From Xanthobacteraceae bacterium (GTDB lineage: Bacteria; Pseudomonadota; Alphaproteobacteria; Rhizobiales; Xanthobacteraceae): a stretch of 64,000 bases of DNA. Below are positions 26,888 through 35,419 of the stretch, one piece after another (within the stretch, counting starts at the first letter, position 1; each line of letters opens with the position of its first letter). The DNA lies in contig DATHCD010000075.1 in the NCBI GenBank assembly GCA_035319735.1, positions 17,154-81,153 on the forward strand, written 5' to 3'. The position numbers and the translations under genes are program-made. The notes beneath the pieces are model-generated. The model had not been told where the DNA came from. It saw only the letters and a program-made list of their open reading frames with translations, and ran no database searches.

Positions 26888-28093
26888 ATGGCAAAAGGCA
26901 TCCGCGACAAGGTCGCCATTCTCGGAATGGGCTGCTCGAAATTCGGCGAGCGCTGGGAGATGAACGCCGAAGACCTGATGGTCGAGGCTTTTGCCGAAGC
27001 GGTGGCCGATGCCGGCATCGAGACGAAGCAAATCGACGCCGCGTGGCTCGCGACCGCGATTGAAGAGCAGCATGTCGGCAAATCCGCCGTGCCGCTCGCC
27101 GTGGCGCTGCGCCTGCCCTACATCCCGGTGACCCGCGTCGAGAACTACTGCGCCTCCGGCACCGAAGCATTCCGCGGCGCGGTCTACGCGGTCGCCTCGG
27201 GCGCGGCCGACATCGCGCTCGCGCTCGGCGTCGAGAAGCTGAAGGACACCGGCTATGGCGGCCTGCCACAGCGCGGCCGCGGCACGGTCAACAATATGAC
27301 CTGGCCAAACCTCTCGGCGCCCGGCTCCTTCGCCCAGCTCGCCGCCGCCTACCGCGCCAAGCACGACAGCGCGCCGCAAGACCTCAAGCGGGCGATGGCG
27401 CACATCTCGGTGAAGAGCCACGACAACGGCGCCAAGAATCCCAAGGCGCACCTGCGCAACAAGATCACCATCGACACGGTGCTCAACGCGCCGATGATCG
27501 CCGAGCCGCTCGGCCTCTACGATTGCTGCGGGGTTTCCGACGGCTCGGCCTGCGCGATCGTCACCACCCCCGACATCGCCAAGGGACTCGGCAAGCGCGA
27601 CCTGATTACCGTCAAGGCGCTGCAGCTCGCGGTTTCCAACGGCACCGAAGCGCAGCACAATTCCTGGGACGGCAGCTACTTCGCGACGACCCGCATTGCC
27701 TCGAAACGCGCCTATCAGGAAGCCGGCATCGACAAGCCGCGGGAGACGCTCGATCTCATTGAGGTGCACGACTGCTTCTCGGTGACCGAGCTCGTCACCA
27801 TGGAGGATTTGCACGTCTCCGGGGAAGGGACGGCGATTCGCGATGTGCTCGACGGCTTCTACGACGCCGACGGCGCCCTGCCCTGCCAGATCGATGGCGG
27901 CCTCAAATGCTTCGGCCACCCGATCGGCGCTTCTGGTCTACGCATGATCTACGAGCTTTATCTGCAGATGCAGGGCCGCGCCGGCGAGCGGCAGCGCAAG
28001 GACCCCCCCGCAATCGGCCTCACCCACAATCTCGGCGGCTTCCCGCATCAGAACGTCTCCTCGATCTCGATCGTGGGTCGCTACGGCGCGTAA
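26888..28093 (+). CDS. SCP-x / nonspecific lipid-transfer-type thiolase
   Basis: The ATG lies 1 nt after the upstream stop. VAILGMGCSKFGERW, VENYCASGTEAFR (nucleophilic Cys), EVHDCFS and CFGHPIGASG are typical of SCPx-like thiolases that pair with DUF35 proteins. Confidence 0.9.
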   Translation: MAKGIRDKVAILGMGCSKFGERWEMNAEDLMVEAFAEAVADAGIETKQIDAAWLATAIEEQHVGKSAVPLAVALRLPYIPVTRVENYCASGTEAFRGAVYAVASGAADIALALGVEKLKDTGYGGLPQRGRGTVNNMTWPNLSAPGSFAQLAAAYRAKHDSAPQDLKRAMAHISVKSHDNGAKNPKAHLRNKITIDTVLNAPMIAEPLGLYDCCGVSDGSACAIVTTPDIAKGLGKRDLITVKALQLAVSNGTEAQHNSWDGSYFATTRIASKRAYQEAGIDKPRETLDLIEVHDCFSVTELVTMEDLHVSGEGTAIRDVLDGFYDADGALPCQIDGGLKCFGHPIGASGLRMIYELYLQMQGRAGERQRKDPPAIGLTHNLGGFPHQNVSSISIVGRYGA

Positions 28094-28104
28094 CAGACCT
28101 CCGC

Positions 28105-28125
28105 CGCGGCGCGTTCCGCGCCGCG
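28105..28125. terminator. Candidate bidirectional hairpin between convergent genes
   Basis: CGCGGCGCG-TTC-CGCGCCGCG, a perfect 9-bp stem with a 3-nt loop, between thiolase stop 28093 and ligase stop 28158. No strong U-tract. Confidence 0.4.
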
Positions 28126-28157
28126 ATCGGACCTCGCTGAGGTTTCAGCAACCGGCG

Positions 28158-29690
28158 TCAAATCCGACGGCCCGCGGCCTGCCAATAGGGCTCGCGCAAG
28201 CGGCGCTTGAAAATCTTGCCCGAATCCTCGCGCGGCAGGCCGCTGCGGATCTCGATGCGCTTCGGCACTTTGTAGCCGGCAAGATGCTTCGCGAGTTCGC
28301 GACGCAATGAAGTTGGCTCAAGCGCCGCGCCGGCGACCGGTTCGACGAACGCGACCAAGGCCTCGCCGAACTCCGCATCCGGCACGCCGAACACGGCGCA
28401 GTCATGCACGCCGGGAAGAGCATGCAGCACCGCTTCGATCTCTGCAGGATAGATATTCACCCCGCCGGAGATCACCATGTCGCGCTTGCGATCGCACAGA
28501 AAGAGGTACCCGTCCTCGTCGAGATAGCCGACATCGCCGCAGGTGATGAGGCCGTTGCAGACGACCTCGGCGAGCTCGTGCGGCAAATTGTGATAGGTGA
28601 AATCCGGGTAGCCGTCGATGCGCGCAAAGATCTCGCCGATCTCGCCGGCGGGCAACACATTTCGCGCCTCATCGAGAATGCGCAGATCGGTGCCCGGCGT
28701 AGCCTTGCCGACCGTTCCGGGTTTGCGCCGCGCATCTTCGCTCGAGGCGAGCGTCACCGGGCCGGTCTCGGTGCCGCCGTAGAACTCCCATATTACTGGC
28801 CCCCACCATTCGATCATCGCTTTCTTGACTTCGATGGGACAGGGCGCCGCAGCATGAATGACGAAGCGCAGCGAGGAGACGTCGTAACGGTCGCGGACCG
28901 CTTGCGGCAGCTTGAGCAGCCGGACGAACATGGTCGGCACCATGAAAATCGTATCGATCCGCTCGCGTTCGATCAGACGCAGCAGCTCTTCCGCGTCGAA
29001 CCGCGGCATCAGCACCAGGACCTCGCCGAGACGCCCCGCCCTGATGCCGAAGGAATTCGGCGCCGAATGATAAAGCGGACCCGGCAGCAAAACGCGCACG
29101 CCGGGTTTTATGCCGTAAACGAGCGACCGCAGGGCCTCGGTCTTGGCGTGTTCTTCCGCCGTTGGCGCCTTGCGGCGGACACCCTTGGGCCGGCCCGTCG
29201 TGCCCGAGGTATAGATCATGCTCTGCGGTTGCGGCAGCGGCGCTCCGGCATAAGGTTGCTGGGCGGAAATCCAGGACTCGAATGGAAGCGCGCCGGCCGG
29301 CGTGGCGACAAGCGCCGGATCGACTCGATGGGCCGCGACAATTTCCGGCGGCGTTTCGGCGCAGAGCACCGGAATCCGCGGCTCTTTGGCAAGGCCATGA
29401 AGAGTCAACAGGTCGGCATGGCCGATCAGTGCTTTCGCGTCGCTGTCACTGAGAATGTAGGCGATTTCCTCCGCCGCAAAATGCCAGTTGATCGGCACCG
29501 CATAGGCGCCAAGCATCATCGCGCCGTAACTTGCCGTCAGAAAGGCGATATCGTTGCGCATCAAGAGCGCAACGCAATCGCCCTGGCGAACGCCGAAAGC
29601 GGCGAGGCCGCCGGCAATGCGGCGGGATTGCTCTTCGATCTCGGCTTTGCTCGCGGTTCGAGCGCCGCACACGATGCCGGTCGAGACCAT
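28158..29690 (-). CDS. AMP-dependent acyl-CoA synthetase (fatty-acid-CoA ligase type)
   Basis: A 510-aa ORF. ATG preceded by AGGAGC. YTSGTTGRPKGV, GDVGYLDEDGYLFLCDRKRDMVISGGVNIYPAEIE, SGKIFKRRLR. Confidence 0.9.
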   Translation of the reverse strand: MVSTGIVCGARTASKAEIEEQSRRIAGGLAAFGVRQGDCVALLMRNDIAFLTASYGAMMLGAYAVPINWHFAAEEIAYILSDSDAKALIGHADLLTLHGLAKEPRIPVLCAETPPEIVAAHRVDPALVATPAGALPFESWISAQQPYAGAPLPQPQSMIYTSGTTGRPKGVRRKAPTAEEHAKTEALRSLVYGIKPGVRVLLPGPLYHSAPNSFGIRAGRLGEVLVLMPRFDAEELLRLIERERIDTIFMVPTMFVRLLKLPQAVRDRYDVSSLRFVIHAAAPCPIEVKKAMIEWWGPVIWEFYGGTETGPVTLASSEDARRKPGTVGKATPGTDLRILDEARNVLPAGEIGEIFARIDGYPDFTYHNLPHELAEVVCNGLITCGDVGYLDEDGYLFLCDRKRDMVISGGVNIYPAEIEAVLHALPGVHDCAVFGVPDAEFGEALVAFVEPVAGAALEPTSLRRELAKHLAGYKVPKRIEIRSGLPREDSGKIFKRRLREPYWQAAGRRI

Positions 29691-29759
29691 GCACGATTGC
29701 TCCTGTGCGGACGCGTCAGTGGGTTTTTTCTTCCGTCAACCGTTCATTCACCGCAGCGC

Positions 29760-29788
29760 TTGTCAATTTCTCACATTGAAATGATACT
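29760..29788 (+). promoter_or_regulatory. Candidate promoter TTGTCA-17 nt-GATACT whose spacer is the palindrome ATTTC-N7-GAAAT
   Basis: -35-like at 29760..29765, palindrome at 29766..29782, -10-like at 29783..29788. Located in the divergent region between acyl-CoA synthetase (start 29690) and enoyl-CoA hydratase (start 29852). Confidence 0.35.
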
Positions 29789-29851
29789 TCGCAAGTCGAG
29801 CGCCCGATCTACCGCGCGCAGGACCCCGCCGTCGTGCCAGGAAGGAACACG

Positions 29852-30637
29852 ATGAAGGACGAAGCACCATCCGTGATCATCCGGCGCGAAGCCGCCGTGG
29901 CGATTCTGACGCTAAACGAGCCGAGAGCGATGAACGCGCTCTCGTCGGGAATCAAGACCGGGCTCGAGCGCCATCTGCCGTCCTTGCTCGGCGATCCCCA
30001 GATCCGCGTGCTCGTCGTCACCGGCGAAGGGCGCGCCTTTTGCGCCGGCGGCGACGTGCGCAGCATGGACGAGCGCGGTTCGGTCGCGGTGCGCGCGCGG
30101 TTGAGCCGCAGCCACGGTTGGTTGATTCCGCTCATCCGCGCCGAGAAGCCGGTCATTACCGCGATCAACGGCGTAGCCGCCGGCGCCGGACTGTCGCTGG
30201 CTTTGACCGGCGATTTCGTCATCGCCGCGCGCTCGGCGATCTTCAAGGCCGGCTTCCTCGGCCTCGGCGCCGTCCCGGATCTCTCGCTCGCCTACACGCT
30301 GCCGCGCGCGGTCGGCCTCTTGCGCGCCAAGGACATTCTCCTCACCGGCCGTGAGATAGCCGCGGAAGAAGCGCTGTCTTTGGGATTGGTGACGCGGGTC
30401 GTCGATCAAGACGCGCTGATGCCGGCGACCCTTGAACTCGCCCACAGCTTGGCACAGGGGCCGACGGTCGCTCAGGGTCTGACCAAGCAGCTTCTGCAGC
30501 GCAGCTACGAGTATTCTCTCGAAGGCTTCGTCGACTTCGAGGCGATGGCGCAGGCCATCGCCTTCGGAAGCGAAGATTTCGCCGAAGGCGTCGAGGCCTT
30601 CCGCGCCAAGCGCAAACCGAGTTTCCGCGGGCGATGA
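29852..30637 (+). CDS. Enoyl-CoA hydratase/isomerase (crotonase family)
   Basis: Internal ATG 29852 preceded by AGGAAGGA. LTLNEPRAMNAL, FCAGGDV and ITAINGVAAGAGLSLAL oxyanion-hole segments. Confidence 0.9.
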   Translation: MKDEAPSVIIRREAAVAILTLNEPRAMNALSSGIKTGLERHLPSLLGDPQIRVLVVTGEGRAFCAGGDVRSMDERGSVAVRARLSRSHGWLIPLIRAEKPVITAINGVAAGAGLSLALTGDFVIAARSAIFKAGFLGLGAVPDLSLAYTLPRAVGLLRAKDILLTGREIAAEEALSLGLVTRVVDQDALMPATLELAHSLAQGPTVAQGLTKQLLQRSYEYSLEGFVDFEAMAQAIAFGSEDFAEGVEAFRAKRKPSFRGR

Positions 30638-30699
30638 AACGGCGGGTCGCGCGTTTGCGTCAGGCGTCGACGTGAACTTCGGCTGGCGAAGCTCGCGCG

Positions 30700-32337
30700 C
30701 TAAGAGCCGAGGCCTTTGGCCATTTCCCGCAGTTGAAATTTCTGTATCTTGCCGCTCACCGTCATCGGCATCTGCGGAAGCACTTTGAGATATTCGGGCA
30801 GGTATTGCCGAGCCACTTGCTGCTTTTCCAGGTAAGCCACCATCTCGGCAAAGTCGAGGTGTTTGCCTTCGCGCAGCACGACGAAGGCGCAGGCCCGTTC
30901 GCCCAGCCGCGGGTCGGGCACGCCGACGATGGCGACCTGACGGATGCTTGGGTGGCGGTAGAGCAGGTTCTCGATTTCCACGACCGGGATGTTTTCGCCA
31001 CCGCGAATGATGATGTCTTTCGCGCGCCCGGTGATGCGAATGTAACCATCGGCATCCATGCGCGCGAGATCGCCGGTGTCGAACCAACCGTCGGCAGTCG
31101 GCGCATTGAGCTCGGGACGGCGGAAATATCCCACGAACATGCTGATGCCGCGGCACTGCAGATGTCCTTCCACTCCGCTGGCGACCGCCTTGCCGTCGCC
31201 GTCGACGACGCGAACTTCGATGCCCGGCAAGGCGACGCCATCGGTGCCAAAGATGCGATGATCGGGATCGCCGGGAACGGTCGTGGTGACCGATCCGTTC
31301 TCGCTCATGCCCCACGCGGAAATGATGCGCGCGCCCAGCCGGCGGGTGGCGCGCTCGACCAGCGTGCTGGGTATGGGCGCGCCGGACGAGACAAAGGTGC
31401 GCAGCGACGACATGTCGGCATTCTCCACCATCGGCGAATCGGTCAGGTCGGCGAGGAAAGGAGTCGAGCCCATGGTGTAGGTGACGCCCTCGTCCTGGAT
31501 CAGGAGTGCCGCTTGGTCGGCGTTCCAGATGTCCTGCAGCACCAGCTTGGCGCCGAGCATGGGGCCCATCATGAGCCCATACATGAAACCGGCCTGATGA
31601 CCCATGGGGGACGCCATGAAGACGATGTCATCGCCGCCGAGCCCCAGGCGTTCCTGATATTTGGCCAGAATGCTGAGCAGCGTATTCGAGGTGTGCAACA
31701 CACCCTTCGGCTCACCCGTCGTTCCCGATGTGTAAAGGAGTTGCGTGACGTCATTGGGTGACGGAGCATGGCGAGCGAACAAGGCCGGCAAGTCCACCTC
31801 GTCCTCCCAGCGGCGTTCGAGCAAACGCCGCTCGAAGGACTCTTCGCCGCCGGCGCCGACCACGAGCAGATGGGCGAGCCGCGGTAGATCGGCGCGGATA
31901 TCGGCGATCATCGCCGGATAGTCGCAGCCGCGAAAAGACCGCGGCACGACCAGGACTTTGGCTTCGGCAAAGCCGAGCATGTAACGCAGCTCGCGCTGCC
32001 GGAAGATCGGCATCAGCGGATTGATGATCGCACCGAGGCGCGCGCACGCCAGATAGAGCGCAACGAATTGCCACCAGTTCGGCAATTGGCAGGCAACAAT
32101 GGTGCCTTTTTCCACCCCCATCGCCGCCAAGCCGCCGGCGATGCGGCCGACAGTGCGGCGAAGCTGCCGATACGACAGGGTGGTATCCTCGCCGCTCATG
32201 CTGTTGTGGCCAACCATCGCCGCCTTATCGGGATGGCGGTTCACGGCATCGTCGAGATAGTCGGTGAGCATGCGCTGCGGCCAGTGGATGCGGGCCCAAT
32301 CGGCCGGCGTCCATGCAGGAAGAGCTGCCTCAGTCAT
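30700..32337 (-). CDS. AMP-dependent acyl-CoA ligase, AliA-like, paralogue 2
   Basis: ORF 30700..32358. Start at ATG 32337 or GTG 32358. QLPNWWQF, YTSGTTGEPKGV, GWFDTGDLARMDADGYIRITGRAKDIIIRGGENIP, SGKIQKF. Clearly paralogous to 1160..2803. Confidence 0.9.
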   Translation of the reverse strand: MTEAALPAWTPADWARIHWPQRMLTDYLDDAVNRHPDKAAMVGHNSMSGEDTTLSYRQLRRTVGRIAGGLAAMGVEKGTIVACQLPNWWQFVALYLACARLGAIINPLMPIFRQRELRYMLGFAEAKVLVVPRSFRGCDYPAMIADIRADLPRLAHLLVVGAGGEESFERRLLERRWEDEVDLPALFARHAPSPNDVTQLLYTSGTTGEPKGVLHTSNTLLSILAKYQERLGLGGDDIVFMASPMGHQAGFMYGLMMGPMLGAKLVLQDIWNADQAALLIQDEGVTYTMGSTPFLADLTDSPMVENADMSSLRTFVSSGAPIPSTLVERATRRLGARIISAWGMSENGSVTTTVPGDPDHRIFGTDGVALPGIEVRVVDGDGKAVASGVEGHLQCRGISMFVGYFRRPELNAPTADGWFDTGDLARMDADGYIRITGRAKDIIIRGGENIPVVEIENLLYRHPSIRQVAIVGVPDPRLGERACAFVVLREGKHLDFAEMVAYLEKQQVARQYLPEYLKVLPQMPMTVSGKIQKFQLREMAKGLGS

Positions 32338-32450
32338 GGACGGCAACCTTGCACGCAAGGCGGTCCGGCATTCTCGCGAAATGACCGCGCCAGAATATGG
32401 CCGACAACTGATCCGTGCGGATTGTCTTTCCTTGCATGTCTGCCCGCTCG

Positions 32451-33443
32451 TTATTCCCTCATCGCCAGAACTATTTTCCCTTTGACCAAGCGGTCGCGCA
32501 GCTGCCGCAGCGCTTCCACCACCTGCCCGACGGGGTAGACCTTGATCACTTTTTGACTGAGCAGTCCCTGCCGATAGAGATCAAACAGAAGCTCGTGGCC
32601 GCGCCGCATCATTGCCGGATGCCATTCGCGATAGTCGCTCCAATGCAGGCCGATGACGGCAATGTTCTTGAGCAACACATAATTGGCGGGAATCGAGGAG
32701 ATGCGGCCGCCGGCGAAGCCGAGCACTACCAGACGGCCGCTCCAGGCCAGGGCGCGGAGACAGCCGTCGAAGACCTCGCCGCCAACTACCTCGCAGATCA
32801 CATCGGCGCCTTTGCCGTCGGTCAGCGCGCGCACGTCTTGCCGGATGCGATCGCGCAGACCTTCGCCGCTGAGATCGATCACGCGCGCGGCGCCGGCAGC
32901 GCGCGCCACCTCGGCCTTCTCCGCACTGCTGACGCCGCCGATCACCGTGGCGCCAAGCGCGCGGGCAACCTGCACGCAGGCGAGACCCACCCCGCCGGCG
33001 GCGCCCGTCACCAAGACGGTTTCGCCGGACCTCAGGCCGGCTCGCTCCACCAGGGCGAAATAGGCGGTCTGCAGCGTCAATCCGAACGCCGCCGCTTCAG
33101 TCATTTCCATGCCTTCCGGCAGAACGAAACAATTCGCCGCGGGCGCCAACAGGTGCTGGCAATAGGCCCCGTGCTCGACCAGCGCCATCACGCGGTCGCC
33201 GACTTGGCAGGTGTCGACGCCGGCGCCAACGGAAAGCACTACGCCGGCCGCCTCCTTGCCGGGGACGAAGGGCGGCTGCGGCAGGATTTGGTATTTGCCG
33301 CCGATGACGAGCAGGTCGGGATAATTGACCCCGGCGGCGGCGACGTCGATCAGCACTTGGCCGGGACCGACGACTGGATCGGGCAGATCCGTCACCGCCA
33401 ACGCTTCGATGGGGCCGAACGAGGGAGCGATGACCGCCTTCAT
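32451..33443 (-). CDS. NADPH:quinone oxidoreductase / zeta-crystallin-type MDR oxidoreductase
   Basis: ATG preceded by GGAGG. VNYPDLLVIGGKYQ, VTGAAGGVGLACVQVA (Rossmann). No Zn-ligand Cys/His pattern. Confidence 0.9.
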   Translation of the reverse strand: MKAVIAPSFGPIEALAVTDLPDPVVGPGQVLIDVAAAGVNYPDLLVIGGKYQILPQPPFVPGKEAAGVVLSVGAGVDTCQVGDRVMALVEHGAYCQHLLAPAANCFVLPEGMEMTEAAAFGLTLQTAYFALVERAGLRSGETVLVTGAAGGVGLACVQVARALGATVIGGVSSAEKAEVARAAGAARVIDLSGEGLRDRIRQDVRALTDGKGADVICEVVGGEVFDGCLRALAWSGRLVVLGFAGGRISSIPANYVLLKNIAVIGLHWSDYREWHPAMMRRGHELLFDLYRQGLLSQKVIKVYPVGQVVEALRQLRDRLVKGKIVLAMRE

Positions 33444-33467
33444 GACCCTTGCGGCCTCCGTCCGGCG

Positions 33468-34178
33468 CTATTTCCTTTTACGCGGGTCGGCGCGCCGCTT
33501 CGGGGCCCGCTGTTGCCGCGATGCTTCCTCCGCGCCGATCAGCGAGTACCAATGCTGCCAGCCGAACGGCGTGAGCAGGGCGTGCAGGAATTGATCGAGT
33601 CCCTCTTCGATATAGCCCTCAAGCGTGATGATGTCGCGAAAGTGCCAGTGCTTCAGCGCCCAACCATGGGCGAACAGGACCAGGCGGAACGTAAACAGAT
33701 CGGCATTGACCGATCGAAAATACCCGGCCTTCATGCATTCCCTCACCGGGCCGGCGATCAATTCGTTGGTTTCCAGCTCGAGCGCCTTGACGATCTTGCG
33801 CCGTTCCGCATTGAGCGACTTGCTTTCCTGATAGCCGACGACCGTGGCGCCGATGTTGCTGCCAACCGATTCGCAATAGGCGCGCACCGCGGCGCAAAAT
33901 CGCTGCAGCGGATCATGCAACCCTTCGAGCTGCTTCGGTATTTCCTCCTGATATTTCTTGAAGATGATCATGAACACGAGAAGCAGCAGTTCCTCCTTGT
34001 CCTTGACGTAGGAATAGATCAGTCCGGGGCTGACGCCCGCCGTTTCTGCGATCTCCTTGATCGTCGTGCCATGATAGCCGTTGATGGCAAAACGCTCGAC
34101 GGCAGCGCGTACGACCTGATCGCGCCGCCATTCTACCCTTTCGGCGTCCTCAACCTGGCTCGTGAATTCGATATCCAT
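33468..34178 (-). CDS. TetR-family transcriptional regulator
   Basis: Internal ATG 34178 of ORF 33468..34307. RAAVERFAINGYHGTTIKEIAETAGVSPGLIYSYVKDKEEL is the TetR HTH. First gene of a minus-strand TetR / oxidoreductase / ligase set. Confidence 0.9.
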   Translation of the reverse strand: MDIEFTSQVEDAERVEWRRDQVVRAAVERFAINGYHGTTIKEIAETAGVSPGLIYSYVKDKEELLLLVFMIIFKKYQEEIPKQLEGLHDPLQRFCAAVRAYCESVGSNIGATVVGYQESKSLNAERRKIVKALELETNELIAGPVRECMKAGYFRSVNADLFTFRLVLFAHGWALKHWHFRDIITLEGYIEEGLDQFLHALLTPFGWQHWYSLIGAEEASRQQRAPKRRADPRKRK

Positions 34179-34242
34179 TTTTTCCTGCGACCCACGATGA
34201 TTCCGCATCCAGCCGGCGGCGAGACAGGTCCAAAGGCGATTA

Positions 34243-34256
34243 AATGAACATTCATT
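34243..34256. promoter_or_regulatory. Candidate TetR operator, copy 1 (AATGAA-CA-TTCATT)
   Basis: Perfect 6-bp inverted repeat, 65 nt upstream of the tetR start. Its reverse complement shares the 11-mer GAATGTTCATT with copy 2. Confidence 0.5.
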
Positions 34257-34444
34257 CAAATGGCACAGACTGCCTTTGGCTGTCAAGGACTCGCATAGAA
34301 TAACCATTTGTTGCGTCGGCTATCCGAGGCATCCAGGCGGGAAGGCCGGACGACAAGCTTGGTGCGCCGGTTTGACCGCCGCGCGGAAATCCCTATTTTT
34401 TCGCTAAAGTGCCATATTGACGTCGTCACGAAAGGGAATTAAAC

Positions 34445-34456
34445 GAATGTTCATTC
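34445..34456. promoter_or_regulatory. Candidate TetR operator, copy 2 (GAATG-TT-CATTC)
   Basis: Palindrome in an AT-rich patch 115 nt upstream of the ABC operon start (34571). Shares GAATGTTCATT with copy 1 in the opposite orientation. Confidence 0.5.
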
Positions 34457-34570
34457 ATTTTTCCGGCCTCGCAGCGCGAACGATGATTTAATCGGCTATG
34501 GTTTTGTTGAAATCCCGCAGTTCGACCAGGAAGGCGAGTGAAAAGGTCCTGCGGGGCAAGAGGGGGGTCG

Positions 34571-35419
34571 ATGGCAATTCAGCTGCTGAACGGTCTCGTC
34601 TACGGCGCCCTGTTGTTCACCGTCGCCTCGGGGCTCGCATTGATGTTCGGCTTGCGACGGATCGTCAATTTCGCCCATGGCTCGCTCTACATGCTGGGCG
34701 CCTATATCGGCTATAGCGCCAGCAAGCTGTTCGGGTTCTGGATTGGGTTGATTGCCGCCGGCGCCTGCCTTGCGGCGCTCGGCATACTGCTCGATGGCGC
34801 GGTATTTCGGCCGCTGCACCGGCGCGGCCCGCTCACGACGCTGTTGGTAACCTTCGGCCTTGCCTTGATCGCCGAAGACTTGGTGCTGGCGGTTTGGGGA
34901 AAAGACACGCTGTCTCTCGCCGCACCGTCCGTCCTCGCCAGGGAATTGTCACTCTTCGGAACCCGTTTTCCAGCTTACCGCCTGATGATGATCGCCTTCG
35001 GGGCGATCGCGGCAATCGCCCTGCTCCTTTGGCTCAAGGGCACGCGGGTCGGTCTGTTTGTTCGTGCCGCCAGCTACGACCCCGTGGTTTCGGCGGTGCA
35101 GGGAATCAATACCGACCGCGTCAGCGCGCTGGTGGTCGCGGTCAGCGCCGCGCTCGCCGGCATGAGCGGCGTGGTGGCGGCACCGCTGTTGTCGCTCGCC
35201 CCCAGCATGGCGAGCGACATCCTGGTCGATTCCTTCATTGTCGTTGTCGTCGGCGGACTCGGCAGCGTCGGTGGCGCCTTCATCACCTCCCTCGTGCTCG
35301 GCCAGATCAACGTCCTCGGCGTGGTTTTCATGCCCGAGCTGACCGCGCTGCTTCCGTTCTTTCTGATGATCGCCGTCTTGGTGTGGAAGCCCGCGGGTCT
35401 CGCCGGAGAACGCGTATGA
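34571..35419 (+). CDS. Branched-chain-type ABC permease (LivH-like), system 3
   Basis: Internal ATG 34571 preceded by AGAGGGGGG. NFAHGSLYMLGAY and VVGGLGSVGGAFI motifs. Confidence 0.9.
   Translation: MAIQLLNGLVYGALLFTVASGLALMFGLRRIVNFAHGSLYMLGAYIGYSASKLFGFWIGLIAAGACLAALGILLDGAVFRPLHRRGPLTTLLVTFGLALIAEDLVLAVWGKDTLSLAAPSVLARELSLFGTRFPAYRLMMIAFGAIAAIALLLWLKGTRVGLFVRAASYDPVVSAVQGINTDRVSALVVAVSAALAGMSGVVAAPLLSLAPSMASDILVDSFIVVVVGGLGSVGGAFITSLVLGQINVLGVVFMPELTALLPFFLMIAVLVWKPAGLAGERV

Noticed and set aside
29912-31315. A 467-aa minus-strand ORF spanning the hydratase gene and the ligase 3' end.
   Set aside because: It is antisense to the crotonase gene and out of frame with the ligase. Arg-rich, with no motifs.
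34419-34429. TGACG-T-CGTCA palindrome, and a 14-codon uORF (ATG 34447, MFIHFSGLAARTMI) overlapping operator copy 2.
   Set aside because: The palindrome is too short, and the uORF has no RBS. These are likely chance features of the AT-rich promoter patch. Noted only in case attenuation or CRP-type control is later suspected.
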